Positions 46,458 through 58,100 of a stretch of 64,000 nucleotides of DNA are shown one piece after another. Under the pieces are notes generated by a model. It ran no database searches. It was not told where the DNA came from and saw nothing but the letters and a program-made list of their open reading frames with translations. This stretch comes from Minisyncoccia bacterium (GTDB taxonomy: Bacteria > Patescibacteriota > Minisyncoccia > Phycocordibacterales > UBA918), in NCBI GenBank assembly GCA_041738755.1, contig JBGSPE010000005.1, positions 143,872 to 207,871 of the forward strand. The letters are read 5' to 3'. The stretch's first letter is position 1; each line of letters opens with the position of its first letter. Position numbers and translations under genes: made by a program.

Positions 46458-48839
46458 ATGCATAAACGATATCAACATCAGGATTTTGAGGGGAAATGGC
46501 AACAAGTGTGGGCTGACCAAAAAATCTATGATGTTGGTGAGCGAGATGAGACAAAAGAAAAGGAGTATGTGCTGGTTGAGTGGCCATATCCATCAGGCAA
46601 CCTCCACGTCGGGCACTGGTACGCATTTGGAGTGCCTGATATCTACGTCAGATTCAAGCGAATGAGCGGTAAACAAGTCCTTTATCCAATGGGGTTTGAT
46701 GCCTTTGGCTTACCGGCTGAAAACGCAGCGATTAAACGAAATATTAATCCTAAGGATTGGACAGAGAGTAATATCGCCTACATGAAGCAACAGCTTCTAA
46801 GTATGGGGAATGCCTTCTCATGGGATAAAACCACAGCGTCGATTGATGAAGACTATTACCGCTGGACGCAGTGGATGTTTACCGAATTTTTTAAACACGA
46901 CTTAGCCTTCCGGGGCGTGGCTACGGTTAATTGGGATCCGATAGATAATACCGTGATTGCCAATGAACAAGTGCTCGCTGATGGTACTTCAGAGCGCTCA
47001 GGAGCGGTTGTAATTAAAAAAGAGCTGCCGCAGTGGATGCTTAAGATAACTAACTTTGCGAATGAATTGATTGATGACCTGGATTCGCTTGATTGGCCAC
47101 ACTTTATTAAAGAAGGACAACGACAATGGATTGGGCGCTCAAAAGGAGCTGAATTGTCTTTTACACTCTCAAGTGGTGACCGGGTAGCGGTTTTTACTAC
47201 TCGCATTGATACGTTATTTGGAGTGACGTACCTAGTTTTGGCTCCTGAACACCCTCTCATACCTACGCTCACAATCATTAATCATGATGAAGTCACGACA
47301 TACATCGCTACAGCAGCGCAAAAGGCAGAGCAGGATAGACTTGATGCCACCAAAGAAAAAACTGGCGTTCGACTTGAGGGAGTGACAGCCACTAATCCAA
47401 TTAGTGGGGAAGTGATACCGGTATTTGTTGCTGACTACGTGATAGGAAGCTACGGTACGGGCGCAGTGATGGCGGTACCAGCTCACGATGCTCGAGATTA
47501 TGAGTTTGCACGAAAATTTGAACTCCCGATTATCCAAGTCATCAGCGGTACAGATGAATTGCCATACAGTGGTCCGGGACAACTTACAAATTCTGGTAGC
47601 TTAAACGGCCTCTCGATTGAAGAAGCTACGCCTCGAATTATCGAAAAGGTTGGGGCTAACGTGACAGAGACCTTTAGACTGCGTGACTGGTCAATCGGTA
47701 GGCAACGCTACTGGGGTGTGCCAATTCCGATTGTGTATGACCCTAGTGGCCAAGCCCATCCAGTACCGCTTGAGCATTTGCCGTGGCGACTTCCAACTGA
47801 TGTTGACTTCACTCCAACCGGGGAAGCACCACTCGCAAAATCAGTTGAACTCAAAGAGCGAACAGAGCGAATTTTCGGTGCCGGTTGGACACCTGAAGTT
47901 GAAACGATGGATACCTTTGTGGATTCTTCGTGGTACTTCTTGCGATATATTGATAATAAGAACGATGAAATATTTTCTTCATTAGAAAAGCAGCGACAAT
48001 GGATGCCGGTTGATACGTATTTTGGAGGAGCAGAACACACCACGATGCACGTGTTGTATTCACGATTTTGGCAGAAAGCCCTCCACAAGCTGGAGCTCGC
48101 AGTTCACAACGAACCGTACCTAAGACGATTCAATCGTGGCTTGGTGCTCGGGACAGACGGCAACAAAATGAGCAAGAGCAAGGGCAACGTGATTGACCCA
48201 GATGAACAGGTAAAGTTAGTTGGAGCTGACACCGTGAAGATGTATTTGGCATTTATGGGGCCATACACCGAGACCACTACTTACCCCTGGGATATGGGAG
48301 GGATTGCCGGGATTCGACGATTCTTAGAGCGGGTCAATGGCTTAGTTGATCATATTATTGATACCGAACCACGCTCAAGTACCGAACAGCTACACCGAGC
48401 GATTGCAAAGGTCTGCAATGATTTCAATCATTGTAAATTTAATACCGCCATTAGCGCCTTGATGATTTACGTTAATCACGTCGAGAAAGCTGGTCTCAGT
48501 AAAGCTAGCTATGAGACGTTTTTGACCATATTGGCGCCGCTTGCTCCACACCTCACTGAAGAACTGTGGGCTACCCTTGGTCACACCGCAAGTATCCACC
48601 TCGAATCATTCCCAGAGGCAGATGAGACGTATCTGAAAGCAGATACGGTCACGATTGGCGTACAGATTAATGGCAAGCTCCGGGGCCAACTTACCTTACC
48701 GAGTGAAGCAGATGAAGCCACCGCCAGGGCACATTTGGCGGAGTCAGAGGAACTAAAGGGAAGGCTGGAGCGATTAACCATAACTAAAATCATCTATGTC
48801 CCCGGGAAAATCCTTAATATTATCGGGACAGAGATATAA
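46458..48839 (+). CDS. leuS: leucine--tRNA ligase
   Basis: HIGH-type motif HVGHWYAF and KMSKS motif (KMSKSKGN). Length 793 aa. Confidence 0.92.
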   Translation: MHKRYQHQDFEGKWQQVWADQKIYDVGERDETKEKEYVLVEWPYPSGNLHVGHWYAFGVPDIYVRFKRMSGKQVLYPMGFDAFGLPAENAAIKRNINPKDWTESNIAYMKQQLLSMGNAFSWDKTTASIDEDYYRWTQWMFTEFFKHDLAFRGVATVNWDPIDNTVIANEQVLADGTSERSGAVVIKKELPQWMLKITNFANELIDDLDSLDWPHFIKEGQRQWIGRSKGAELSFTLSSGDRVAVFTTRIDTLFGVTYLVLAPEHPLIPTLTIINHDEVTTYIATAAQKAEQDRLDATKEKTGVRLEGVTATNPISGEVIPVFVADYVIGSYGTGAVMAVPAHDARDYEFARKFELPIIQVISGTDELPYSGPGQLTNSGSLNGLSIEEATPRIIEKVGANVTETFRLRDWSIGRQRYWGVPIPIVYDPSGQAHPVPLEHLPWRLPTDVDFTPTGEAPLAKSVELKERTERIFGAGWTPEVETMDTFVDSSWYFLRYIDNKNDEIFSSLEKQRQWMPVDTYFGGAEHTTMHVLYSRFWQKALHKLELAVHNEPYLRRFNRGLVLGTDGNKMSKSKGNVIDPDEQVKLVGADTVKMYLAFMGPYTETTTYPWDMGGIAGIRRFLERVNGLVDHIIDTEPRSSTEQLHRAIAKVCNDFNHCKFNTAISALMIYVNHVEKAGLSKASYETFLTILAPLAPHLTEELWATLGHTASIHLESFPEADETYLKADTVTIGVQINGKLRGQLTLPSEADEATARAHLAESEELKGRLERLTITKIIYVPGKILNIIGTEI

Positions 48840-48930
48840 ACACCTGGTGTTGACCAAATTGACCGGACATGTTATAAACTATGCCATGCATTGAAGCGAA
48901 GGAAGTAATACTCAAACTACAAGCTAAAAT

Positions 48931-49956
48931 ATGATTACATTTAAACCAAAGCAAGCCACCAAAAGCCTCCTAGAGGTACTGCCTGACCGAGCACGTGATG
49001 TGCTTGAGAAGCGTTATGGTCTCGGAAAAGACGGTGAAACCTACACGCTTGAGGCAATTGGAAAGTCATACGGCATTACCCGTGAACGAGTCCGACAAAT
49101 TGAAAACTACGGAATTCAATCAATTCAAAAGTCAGAAGCGTATAAAAAGCACTTTGATTTATTTATTGAAATGCAAAAACTCATCGATCAGCTTGGCGGT
49201 GGTGTCATTGCAGAACACGTTCTCTTGGACGAATTGAGCTCTGAACCGAGCATGCGTAATCATATCTACTTCCTCCTCATTGTTGGTGATCCGTTCTACA
49301 AGAGCAAGGAAAACCCACACTACGAACACCGATGGTTTACTGAACGAAAGGTAGCCGAAATGGTAGAAAAGGCACTCAAGAACGTCCATAAGGGACTAGA
49401 ACGAGACGCGCTTATTTCTGAATCAGAAATCCTCAATCGCTTCAAAACTGAACTCATTGAAATCTCAGGTGAACACGACGAGGAAATCCTCCGCCGGTGG
49501 TTAAATATTTCAAAACAAATCGGACGTAACCCGCTCGGTGATTGGGGACCAGCTGATAGTCCAAATATTCGCGTAAAGGGAATTCGAGACTACGCCTACT
49601 TGGCGGTAAAGCGACACGGTTCACCAATGCACTTCCGAGAAGTTGCAAAGACGATTCGTGAGCTGTTTGAACACGAAGCGCATGTAGCAACGACCCACAA
49701 CGAGCTCATCAAAGACGAACGATTTGTCTTGGTGGGACGAGGACTCTATGCGCTCTCTGAATGGGGATATACCGCCGGAGTTGTAAAGGATGTCTTGCGA
49801 GAAATCCTAGCAACTGATGGACCACTGTCACGTGAAGAAATCATTGATAAGGTTCGAAAGGAACGATACGTAAAAGACAACACCATTTTGGTAAATCTTC
49901 AAGACGTTAATCTTTTCAAACGACTACCAAACGGCACCTACGCCATCGCTGACTAA
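48931..49956 (+). CDS. sigma-70 region-4 HTH domain protein (CPR-type 'sigma-like' protein)
   Basis: YTLEAIGKSYGITRERVRQIENYGIQSI closely resembles sigma-70 region 4.2. No region 2 is present. The C-terminal 200 aa are unknown. A terminator lies at 49962-49990. Confidence 0.5.
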   Translation: MITFKPKQATKSLLEVLPDRARDVLEKRYGLGKDGETYTLEAIGKSYGITRERVRQIENYGIQSIQKSEAYKKHFDLFIEMQKLIDQLGGGVIAEHVLLDELSSEPSMRNHIYFLLIVGDPFYKSKENPHYEHRWFTERKVAEMVEKALKNVHKGLERDALISESEILNRFKTELIEISGEHDEEILRRWLNISKQIGRNPLGDWGPADSPNIRVKGIRDYAYLAVKRHGSPMHFREVAKTIRELFEHEAHVATTHNELIKDERFVLVGRGLYALSEWGYTAGVVKDVLREILATDGPLSREEIIDKVRKERYVKDNTILVNLQDVNLFKRLPNGTYAIAD

Positions 49957-50019
49957 CAACTAACTCCCGGTTTACTCCGGGAGTTTTTTGGTAATGGTGT
50001 ACAATAGTAGCAAAACTAT

Positions 50020-51348
50020 ATGGGTGATTTGTTCAAAGCCATTTTTGGAACGATAGCCGGTCCACTCTTTTTGATTGCTGGGATTGGGATTATCTTCTTC
50101 ACCTTCCGCACCATCAACGTGGACTTTTTACCTGTCCTCACTTTGATAGTAGCGCTCTCACCACTCTGGCTACCGATTTCATTGTTTTATCTCACCTTTG
50201 ATAGATGGGTAGAATTTGTACAGCTTAAATTTCAAGATACCCAAGGCCGGGTAACACTACGAATCAAGCTGCCACAAGACGTCTTCAAGTCTCCTGAAGC
50301 GATGGAGAGCGTATTTACACAGATATTTAACCCTAACCCTTCAGATAACCTTTTGCAGACGTTTATTGACGGAAAACACCCACTGACTTCATGCTTCGAA
50401 TTGGTGTCAGTGGGTGGGGAAGTACGATTTTATGCCAACGTACCGCGTAAGAAGGTAAAGAATGCGCTCGAAGCTCAGCTCTACGCCCAGTATCCCGGTA
50501 TTGAAGTCGTGGAAGAAACCATCGACTACACGGCGGAGATTAAAAATGACCTCAACCTATACGAGTGGATGTCATTTCACATTGGAAAAAAAGGTGATGA
50601 AGTACTACCAATCAAGACCTATATAGATTTTGGTCTCGACCGAATGCCAAAAGAAGAAGAAAAGTTTGAACCAATGGCTCCGCTTCTTGAACACCTTGGA
50701 AAATGTAAACCGCACGAACGGATTTGGATTCAAATCATGCTTACACCACACGTAAAGCGAAATCTTAAAAACGGTAACCTCGGAGAGACAGCGACCTGGG
50801 AAGGGAAGGTGGCTAAAAAAATCGATGAAATGATGGGGCGTGAGAAAACCTCAGCCAGTTCAGCTGAATACGAAACCAAGACCACACTTACCATGGGTGA
50901 ACGGGATACCATCGCTGCTATTCAACGTAATGCGAGTAAATTTGCCTATGAAGTAGTTATTCGTGCTATGTATATCTCAGAAGCAGGAAAATTTGATGGT
51001 GAAATGATTGGGCCACTGCTGCGCTCATTTTCTCAGTACGATATGATTGGTCGAAATCAGTTCGGTCTCCAGTGGCGAACCGACTTTGATTACAACTTCA
51101 TTTCAGACCCCTCTGGCAAACGAAAACGATTCCATAAAACTCGTGAGATGGACTTTTATAAAGGTCGCAATTACCTACCGGGTGATGTAAAAAACTTCAA
51201 CGATAAGCCAAAAGTAATGTCAGTTGAAGAACTAGCGACATTTTTCCATATCCCTGGAAAGGCTATTGTGACACCAGCTGTTACTCGTGTAGAATCACTC
51301 CGTAAAGATGCACCAGCCAACTTACCAGTCGGAGTCCCAGATTTTTAA
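50020..51348 (+). CDS. hypothetical membrane protein (2 N-terminal TM helices, large soluble domain)
   Basis: 442 aa with no known motif. Confidence 0.4.
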   Translation: MGDLFKAIFGTIAGPLFLIAGIGIIFFTFRTINVDFLPVLTLIVALSPLWLPISLFYLTFDRWVEFVQLKFQDTQGRVTLRIKLPQDVFKSPEAMESVFTQIFNPNPSDNLLQTFIDGKHPLTSCFELVSVGGEVRFYANVPRKKVKNALEAQLYAQYPGIEVVEETIDYTAEIKNDLNLYEWMSFHIGKKGDEVLPIKTYIDFGLDRMPKEEEKFEPMAPLLEHLGKCKPHERIWIQIMLTPHVKRNLKNGNLGETATWEGKVAKKIDEMMGREKTSASSAEYETKTTLTMGERDTIAAIQRNASKFAYEVVIRAMYISEAGKFDGEMIGPLLRSFSQYDMIGRNQFGLQWRTDFDYNFISDPSGKRKRFHKTREMDFYKGRNYLPGDVKNFNDKPKVMSVEELATFFHIPGKAIVTPAVTRVESLRKDAPANLPVGVPDF

Positions 51349-51361
51349 TTAACCTTTTCGC

Positions 51362-52375
51362 ATGACAGAAGTATTGAATGAAATAGCCGACGATACAGTA
51401 GGTGTAAAGCAAAGTCGAACGTACGTTACCTACCTGCTTAGTGTAGTTATTATTGGCTTACTACTAGCACTTGGAGTCCTTGCCTATGGGTACGTGGAAA
51501 ACAAACCACCTGCTTCATTTGTCACCCCAGCTACCGTCATTATTGAACCGGGAACGAATGTAAAAGCTATAGCGGAGCAATTAGAATCTGAAGGAATTGT
51601 AAAATCAGGTACCTTGCTTTACTTGGCGGTAGTCTTATTCTTTGAACCAACTGATGTGAAAGCAAGTAGCTATGTGTTTGATGAGCCACTCACCACGTAT
51701 GAAATAGCGCTTCGCTTGACACAAGGTGACTTCGATAGCGATTTGGTTCGATTTACTCACATTGAAGGTGAGCGCGTAAAAAGTATTGCAAAACGAGCAG
51801 AAGCATCTCTGAAGAACTTCAATGCGGAAGAGTTTGTTCAGTTGGCCGAAGGGAGCGAGGGACGTCTCTATCCTGAAACATACTTTATTCCGGCAGATTT
51901 CTCGGCGGAACAATTGTATGCTCTGATGAAAGAAACCTTTGATTCTAAACTTGCACCCTTGACCGACGAAATTGAAGCTCACCCACTTACCCTTGATGAG
52001 ATACTAACCCTAGCCTCAATCATCGAACGCGAAGCTAATTCACCTGAGTCCATGGGGTTTGTCTCGGGCATTCTCCAGAATCGATTAACAATCAATATGC
52101 CACTCCAGGCCGACGCCTCAATTGAATACATTTTGGATAAGCCACTACAAGAACTGGTACCAGAAGATTTAGAAATTGACTCTCCGTACAATACCTATCT
52201 CTACCGCGGACTACCGCCAACACCAATTGGTAATCCTGGCCTTTCCGCAATTGAGGCTGTCCTTCGACCGACTGAATCAGAGTACTTTTTCTATCTCACT
52301 GATGATGCCGGAAATTTCTACTACGCTGTTACCTACGACGAGCACTTGGATAATATTGAACGGTATTTACGCTAA
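51362..52375 (+). CDS. mltG: endolytic murein transglycosylase MltG (YceG family)
   Basis: N-terminal TM helix and the conserved LTLASIIEREAN region of the YceG domain. Length 337 aa. Confidence 0.8.
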   Translation: MTEVLNEIADDTVGVKQSRTYVTYLLSVVIIGLLLALGVLAYGYVENKPPASFVTPATVIIEPGTNVKAIAEQLESEGIVKSGTLLYLAVVLFFEPTDVKASSYVFDEPLTTYEIALRLTQGDFDSDLVRFTHIEGERVKSIAKRAEASLKNFNAEEFVQLAEGSEGRLYPETYFIPADFSAEQLYALMKETFDSKLAPLTDEIEAHPLTLDEILTLASIIEREANSPESMGFVSGILQNRLTINMPLQADASIEYILDKPLQELVPEDLEIDSPYNTYLYRGLPPTPIGNPGLSAIEAVLRPTESEYFFYLTDDAGNFYYAVTYDEHLDNIERYLR

Positions 52376-52401
52376 CTGGTAGTCGTGGTAGCGTTTCGGT
52401 A

Positions 52402-53475
52402 ATGCGTAAAAAAGAAACAGTATTTGTTGGTCTCTCCGGTGGCGTTGATTCGTCTGTGGCGGCTCTGCGACTCAAGAAGCAAGGCTATCAGGTAGTTGGT
52501 GTCTTTATTAAAGTCTGGCATCCAGACTTTATGGTGTGTAACTGGGAGGCGGAACGACTTGATGCTATGCGAGTAGCTGCTCATTTAGAAATACCATTTC
52601 TAACCTGCGATGCCGAAGCTGCCTATCGTGACGAAGTGGCTCACTACTTTATCTCAGAATACCAAGCAGGAAGAACCCCAAACCCAGATATTTTATGTAA
52701 CAAAGAAGTAAAGTTTGGTCGGTTTTTAGAATTTGCTACCGAGCGCGGTGCGGACTATATTGCGACCGGACATTACGTACAACGTATGGATGGAGCGCAC
52801 GGACCGGAATTACACCGGGGCATCGATACAAACAAAGATCAATCCTACTTTCTTTGGTCACTCTCAAACAATCAACTTACAAAAGCGCTCTTTCCGGTCG
52901 GAAACAGTGAGAAGTCAGTTATTAGAGATGAAGCACGGAAAGCCGGTATCCCTACGGCGACAAAGAAAGACAGTCAGGGAGTGTGTTTTCTTGGACACAT
53001 TGATATACCAGAATTTCTTTCTCACTATACTGAACTTATTCCTGGTGAAGTTTTAAACATAAACAATGAAGTAATTGGTACCCATAAAGGAGCCTTGGTA
53101 TACACCCTCGGCCAACGTCACGGCTTTACGCTCCATACCACCGACGCCGCCCGTACTGAAATGTATGTTGTTCGTAAAGATGTCGCGGCAAACACAATCA
53201 CCGTTGACTCGACTATTAGTCAGCTTGAGAAAGACGATACGCTTACCTTGCACCAAACAGAGCTCCGAACAGAGCTCCGAACAGATGTTGTTGCTGGCGC
53301 AAAACTTGAAGCACAGTTTCGCTACCGCCAAAAACCATTTACAGTCACAGTCAAAGAAGTTGCCAATGGGTCACTGACACTTACTTTAGATGAACATTCC
53401 GAACGACCAGCCAGTGGCCAGTCATGTGTGCTTTACTTAGGTTCTTTGTGTATCGGAGGTGGTATTATTGAATGA
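52402..53475 (+). CDS. mnmA: tRNA 2-thiouridine(34) synthase
   Basis: PP-loop VFVGLSGGVDSSVAA, catalytic Cys region, and a C-terminal beta-barrel. Length 357 aa. Confidence 0.9.
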   Translation: MRKKETVFVGLSGGVDSSVAALRLKKQGYQVVGVFIKVWHPDFMVCNWEAERLDAMRVAAHLEIPFLTCDAEAAYRDEVAHYFISEYQAGRTPNPDILCNKEVKFGRFLEFATERGADYIATGHYVQRMDGAHGPELHRGIDTNKDQSYFLWSLSNNQLTKALFPVGNSEKSVIRDEARKAGIPTATKKDSQGVCFLGHIDIPEFLSHYTELIPGEVLNINNEVIGTHKGALVYTLGQRHGFTLHTTDAARTEMYVVRKDVAANTITVDSTISQLEKDDTLTLHQTELRTELRTDVVAGAKLEAQFRYRQKPFTVTVKEVANGSLTLTLDEHSERPASGQSCVLYLGSLCIGGGIIE

Positions 53476-53664
53476 ACAAATGTCCCGCAGGGACATATTG
53501 TGAATTTTACCACCAGAGTATTTCCGTTTTTATAGTCGAGTAAACTCTTCTTAAAAACTAGGTCATCCAGGCGCTTAGGTCATTCTGACCCCCGAGGGAA
53601 GAATGGCCTGTAGCGAGCTGGAAAGGAGCTCTTTATTTTAATACTCCAATCCCTTTATCTTTCA

Positions 53665-54498
53665 ATGTCACACAATATCGTAAAGAAAGCCGACGGTACC
53701 ACCGAATATTTTAAGGTTGAAAAATTACGCCGCTCGCTCAGGCGAGCTGGTGCAGCGCCCGATGAGATAAACGAAATCATTGCCGAAGTTGAAACGACGA
53801 TGTATGACGGGATATTAACCCAAGAAATCTATCGCCAAGCCTTCACGCTTCTGCGAAATTTCCAACCACCAGCCGCTGCCAGATACTCACTACGGCGAGC
53901 ATTATTTGGACTCGGGCCAACTGGTTTTCCGTTTGAACGCTTCTTGGGACGATTGTTTGAACATGACGGATACACCACCGTTACCGGAACCACTATTGAA
54001 GGTCACTGCGCTACCCATGAAATCGATATTGCTGCCTATAACGATACCCATAGTTTTGTTGGTGAGGCAAAATTTCACGCCAGACCCGGGGTTAAAACTG
54101 ATTTGCAAGTTGCTATGTACTCATACGCCAGATTGCTTGATCTCAAAGAAGCCAAAGTATGTAGCGCTGATATCTGTGGAGTTAAAGAATTCTGGCTTAT
54201 CACCAATACCAAATTTACCTCTGCGGCCGAGCGCTACGGTATGTGTGTTGGATTGCACCTTTTAAGCTGGGACTTTCCACGCAATAACAACCTTCATGAC
54301 CGTATCCAGAAGGCTCGCCTGTATCCAATCACTGTTCTCCAATCTCTTACAGCAGCTCAAATTGCGACTCTCATCCAACGTGACGTCATTTTGTGCCAAG
54401 ATATTATGAATAAACCCCATATTTTAAGGCATTTGCACCTAACCCCCAAAAAGCAAGAACGGGTCATGTACGAGGTTTCAGAAATCTGTAAATCATAA
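53665..54498 (+). CDS. ATP-cone domain protein fused to a restriction-endonuclease-like (Mrr_cat, PD-(D/E)xK) domain
   Basis: N-terminal ATP-cone (NIVKKADGTTEYFKVEKLRRSLRRAG...EIYRQAF). The central part carries HEIDIAAYNDTHSFVGEAKFHA (D...E.K). Confidence 0.6.
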   Translation: MSHNIVKKADGTTEYFKVEKLRRSLRRAGAAPDEINEIIAEVETTMYDGILTQEIYRQAFTLLRNFQPPAAARYSLRRALFGLGPTGFPFERFLGRLFEHDGYTTVTGTTIEGHCATHEIDIAAYNDTHSFVGEAKFHARPGVKTDLQVAMYSYARLLDLKEAKVCSADICGVKEFWLITNTKFTSAAERYGMCVGLHLLSWDFPRNNNLHDRIQKARLYPITVLQSLTAAQIATLIQRDVILCQDIMNKPHILRHLHLTPKKQERVMYEVSEICKS

Positions 54499-54594
54499 AA
54501 CCAGCAGGGAAGGGACCAAATGTCAATATTTTAAGGGTTATTTGCTGTGATATACTCACAGTATTAATTAATTCAGCAATCAATAAATATTTGT

Positions 54595-55116
54595 ATGGTA
54601 GATGTAAATAAAGACAGCCAGAAGACAATCGTCGCTTTTGTTGTCGGACTCCTTATCGGTGGACTTATCGTTTCAGCTTTTTCAGGTGGTGAAAAAATGA
54701 CTGATAAAATGGAAGAGAAGAACGGGGAAGAAGTAATGGTTGAAGAAGAGATGGAAAAGACTGAAGAGGTAACTGAAGAAGAAACAGCTCCGGCTCTTGA
54801 AGTTGGTGAAGGTAAGGTAGCCGTTAATAATCAAGCAGCGAGCCGTTCAATTGCAATTGAAAGCGCTGTCTACCCAGTCAGTGAAGGGTGGATTGGTGTA
54901 CGAGATTACCAAGAAGGAAACCTCGGTCGAATCCTTGGTGTTGTTCGATTCAGTGAATCACAAGGACTTGTACCAAAGGACATCATCCTACAAACAAGCA
55001 CCATCGCAGGACGTGAATACGCAGTTGTTATCTACACAGAAAACGGTGACTTTGACTTTAGCCTCGCTGACGACGTCCAAATCGATACTATCTTCGATAC
55101 CTTCTCTGCTGAATAA
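54595..55116 (+). CDS. hypothetical membrane-anchored protein with a Glu-rich linker
   Basis: TM helix at residues 12-30, an acidic stretch EEVMVEEEMEKTEEVTEEE, and a C-terminal domain of about 100 aa. Confidence 0.4.
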   Translation: MVDVNKDSQKTIVAFVVGLLIGGLIVSAFSGGEKMTDKMEEKNGEEVMVEEEMEKTEEVTEEETAPALEVGEGKVAVNNQAASRSIAIESAVYPVSEGWIGVRDYQEGNLGRILGVVRFSESQGLVPKDIILQTSTIAGREYAVVIYTENGDFDFSLADDVQIDTIFDTFSAE

Positions 55117-55120
55117 GCAT

Positions 55121-55170
55121 CACACATATCACAAAAAGGGCCGGCTTCGCCGGCCCTTTTTGTGATATAT
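55121..55170. terminator. bidirectional terminator in a long perfect palindrome
   Basis: ATATCACAAAAAGGGCCGGC-TTCG-GCCGGCCCTTTTTGTGATAT, with 20-nt perfect arms. Confidence 0.8.
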
Positions 55171-55179
55171 TTATGACAC

Positions 55180-58100
55180 ATGAGCGGTGAGACATTTCTC
55201 CACAGAAAAGACACGAACCTGCAAAAGAGTGAGCCGGTGTCGAAGGCGGTTGAGAAACGAGACAGGCTGAACCGTTTTGCGCGAGAAGAACTGTTAGAAA
55301 CAGAACCTGATAAAGACTCAGAAGAAGTAAAGACAGGACTCGAGGAACTTAAAAAAACTCCCAATACACCTGAAGCCAGAGTTGGTGCGTACCTAAAGCG
55401 CCTAGAAAGAATTTTTTTGGACCAATCAAAGCTTTTTTCTGGTACTGAACATGAGGAATCTAAAGCGACTCGTAATCTTGAACTGTTAAAGCCATATATT
55501 TATGAAGAATTTACTCTTAAAGAAGAGGATTTACCCGACCGCCACTTTGAACTACAGCGACAAATTGCGCGTGAGCAAGGTCGAGACTACCCAGAGATAA
55601 TTTCAAAGGAGCAACGACACGAAGTCTTTGAAAAAATATCACAAGATCAGAAGCATTCGCTTGATTTCTGGATGAATTATCTGACTGGACCAGACGCCTT
55701 ATATCCAACCTGGTTTAAGTTTTTTGCCATAAAGTCAATTCTTGGTCTCTCTGAATTTGATAAAAAAGAACATAAATTTCCCAAACGTACAAAATCAACC
55801 ACGGGCCTTTTCCCTGATTTAAATGCCGAAGCTCTGGCGTATGTCTGTGAGTTTTTGGAAAAACAAATTCAAAAAATACCACTAGAAAACCCGATACCAA
55901 AACCTGATAACCCCCATGCTGAAGAGCAAAAACCTGTCACAGACGAAGAGTTTCAATCTATAATCACCTCAGAAAACTTTGGTAAATACTACGCATTTAC
56001 CTTAGAGCACATGACCTCACAAAAAGAGCTTTGGCCAGAAACACGAGGCGAGTGGCGCACGTTTACCAAGGGAGAAGACGCCGAGCTAGTAAAATCCCTC
56101 CAGGGCAAAGGCACGGGCTGGTGTACGGCCGGAGCCGGGATGGCAGAAAATCAACTCTCGAGAGGTGAATTTCATGTGTACTATTCTCTTGATAAGCTGG
56201 GACAACCAACTATCCCACGACTAGCAATTCGGATGGAAGATGAGGAAATAGTTGAAGTACGTGGCGTTGACCAAAATCAAAATACCGATCCGTATATCTT
56301 ACCGGTTCTAGAGGAAAAACTTCCAGAGTTTGGAGCCCAAGGAGAGAAGTACTTAAAAACTGCAGCCGATACAGAACTGCTTACACAGATTGACCAACGA
56401 ATTACTGCTAGGGAAGAATTGACTACTCAAGATTTACGATTCCTGTATGAGGTTGACGATAGTATTTCCACCTTTAGACAATTTGGAGCTGATCCACGTA
56501 TAAAAGAATTACTACAGGATAGAGATTGGATGACAGATATGCAAACAATCTTTAACACTGTCTCGCCAACAGAAGTTGCACAGGCTCTTCAGGCTAAAAA
56601 TAAATCCGCTTTTTTGCTACGAAACATAGAAAAATTTACTAAATTACCTACTGACATCGCCCTTTCATTTATCACTACCGGAGCAGCTAGTGCAATTATT
56701 AGAAATTGGGATGTTTTTGAAGATCTGAATCAACCCGAGATTATTGATGCCTTAATTTTAAACAATAGAAGTGCGGAGCTAATTTTTAATCTTGAAAGAT
56801 TTGATTGCGTTCCTCAAGAAGAAATCGCACACAAAATTATCGACAAAGGTGCTGGTAGATATATTGCTCAAAACTTAGACCAATTTACGGAAGTAGATCA
56901 ACATATCATTTATCAAGAACTACTTAAGCGTAATTTACACTCAACAATTGCGGATAATGCTGAGAAATTCGATAATCTAGACCTGAATAAAATTGCCTAT
57001 GAACTGATTGAAAACGGTTCAATCAAAGATGTCTTAGATAATTACCATAACTTTAAAAATTTTGATGATCAATTTGTGGCAGAATGTGCGGTGCCTGGAA
57101 ACCTAAGTCACCTTGCCAAAAACTTACGTAAATTTAAAAGAATCGAAGGTGAGGCAGTTTTAGATAAACTCATTTCACAAAATTTTGGGGACGCGGTCGC
57201 TGAAAATATAGAAGTATTTGTAGATGCAAACAAGCAAGATGTGGTAGACCGACTAATCGAAAAGAAACAAATTTTTGGCATTTTAGCAAAGCTTGGTAGC
57301 TATAGCGATATCCAGTTAGATATGGATGTGATTGGTGATATTTACCTTGAACAGTTACTATCCAATACCATTGCCCCTATTTACTTAAAAGAATTTCCGT
57401 TAGAGACACAACGCAATTATGCCGACACTTTAGTTCGTGAAGGAAAAACGAAGCAAATTACTGATTCAATAAAATATATTGATAATAGCCTGCATAAAGA
57501 AATATCCCTTAATATAGCCAATAAACTTGATGAGGAGTCTGAACAGAACCCGAGAAGAAAACTAGATTACCTTGCTATATTTGGTAAGTATAGTGAATTT
57601 AGAGAGATTGAGACATCAGTTGCGTTTAAAATTTTAAGTCTGGACAGATACAAATCAGTCGTAAGCAATCTTGAAAAATACCCAGATTTAGATCATCAAG
57701 AATTAGCCGATAGAATTGGCCCTTCAAAAATGTGGTATGCATTAGCAAATGCAAAACTTTTCGGGCTTAGTCAAGAGACATTTGAACTATTAATGACAAC
57801 ACCCGCAGATGATTCAGAAGGGAGAGGCGTAAATTTCCACTATCTGTTTCAATGCATTGATTCATTTATCATTACTGACCATCTCAAAATTGCTGAAAAA
57901 TTAATTGCTCTAGACCAACGAGAGCAATTGGCAAATAATCTTGATAAGTTAAAAGACTTACCCTTTACAATTGCCAATAACTTATTGCCAGACTATGGAC
58001 ATAAGATAATCAAAAATTTTGACGCCTTCTTACCGTTAGACAAACTTAAAATAGCAGACAGACTACTTGAAGAGGGTTATGCTGCCGCAGTAGCAAAAAA

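Noticed and set aside
53481-53640. Possible riboswitch or ncRNA in the 190-bp gap between mnmA and the ATP-cone gene (hairpins ATGTCCC-GCA-GGGACAT and GGTCATTCTGACCC...GGAAGAATGGCC)
   Set aside because: The first hairpin plus a T-rich tail is adequately explained as the mnmA terminator. The second is imperfect and I recognise no known riboswitch consensus in it. It is kept as unassigned.
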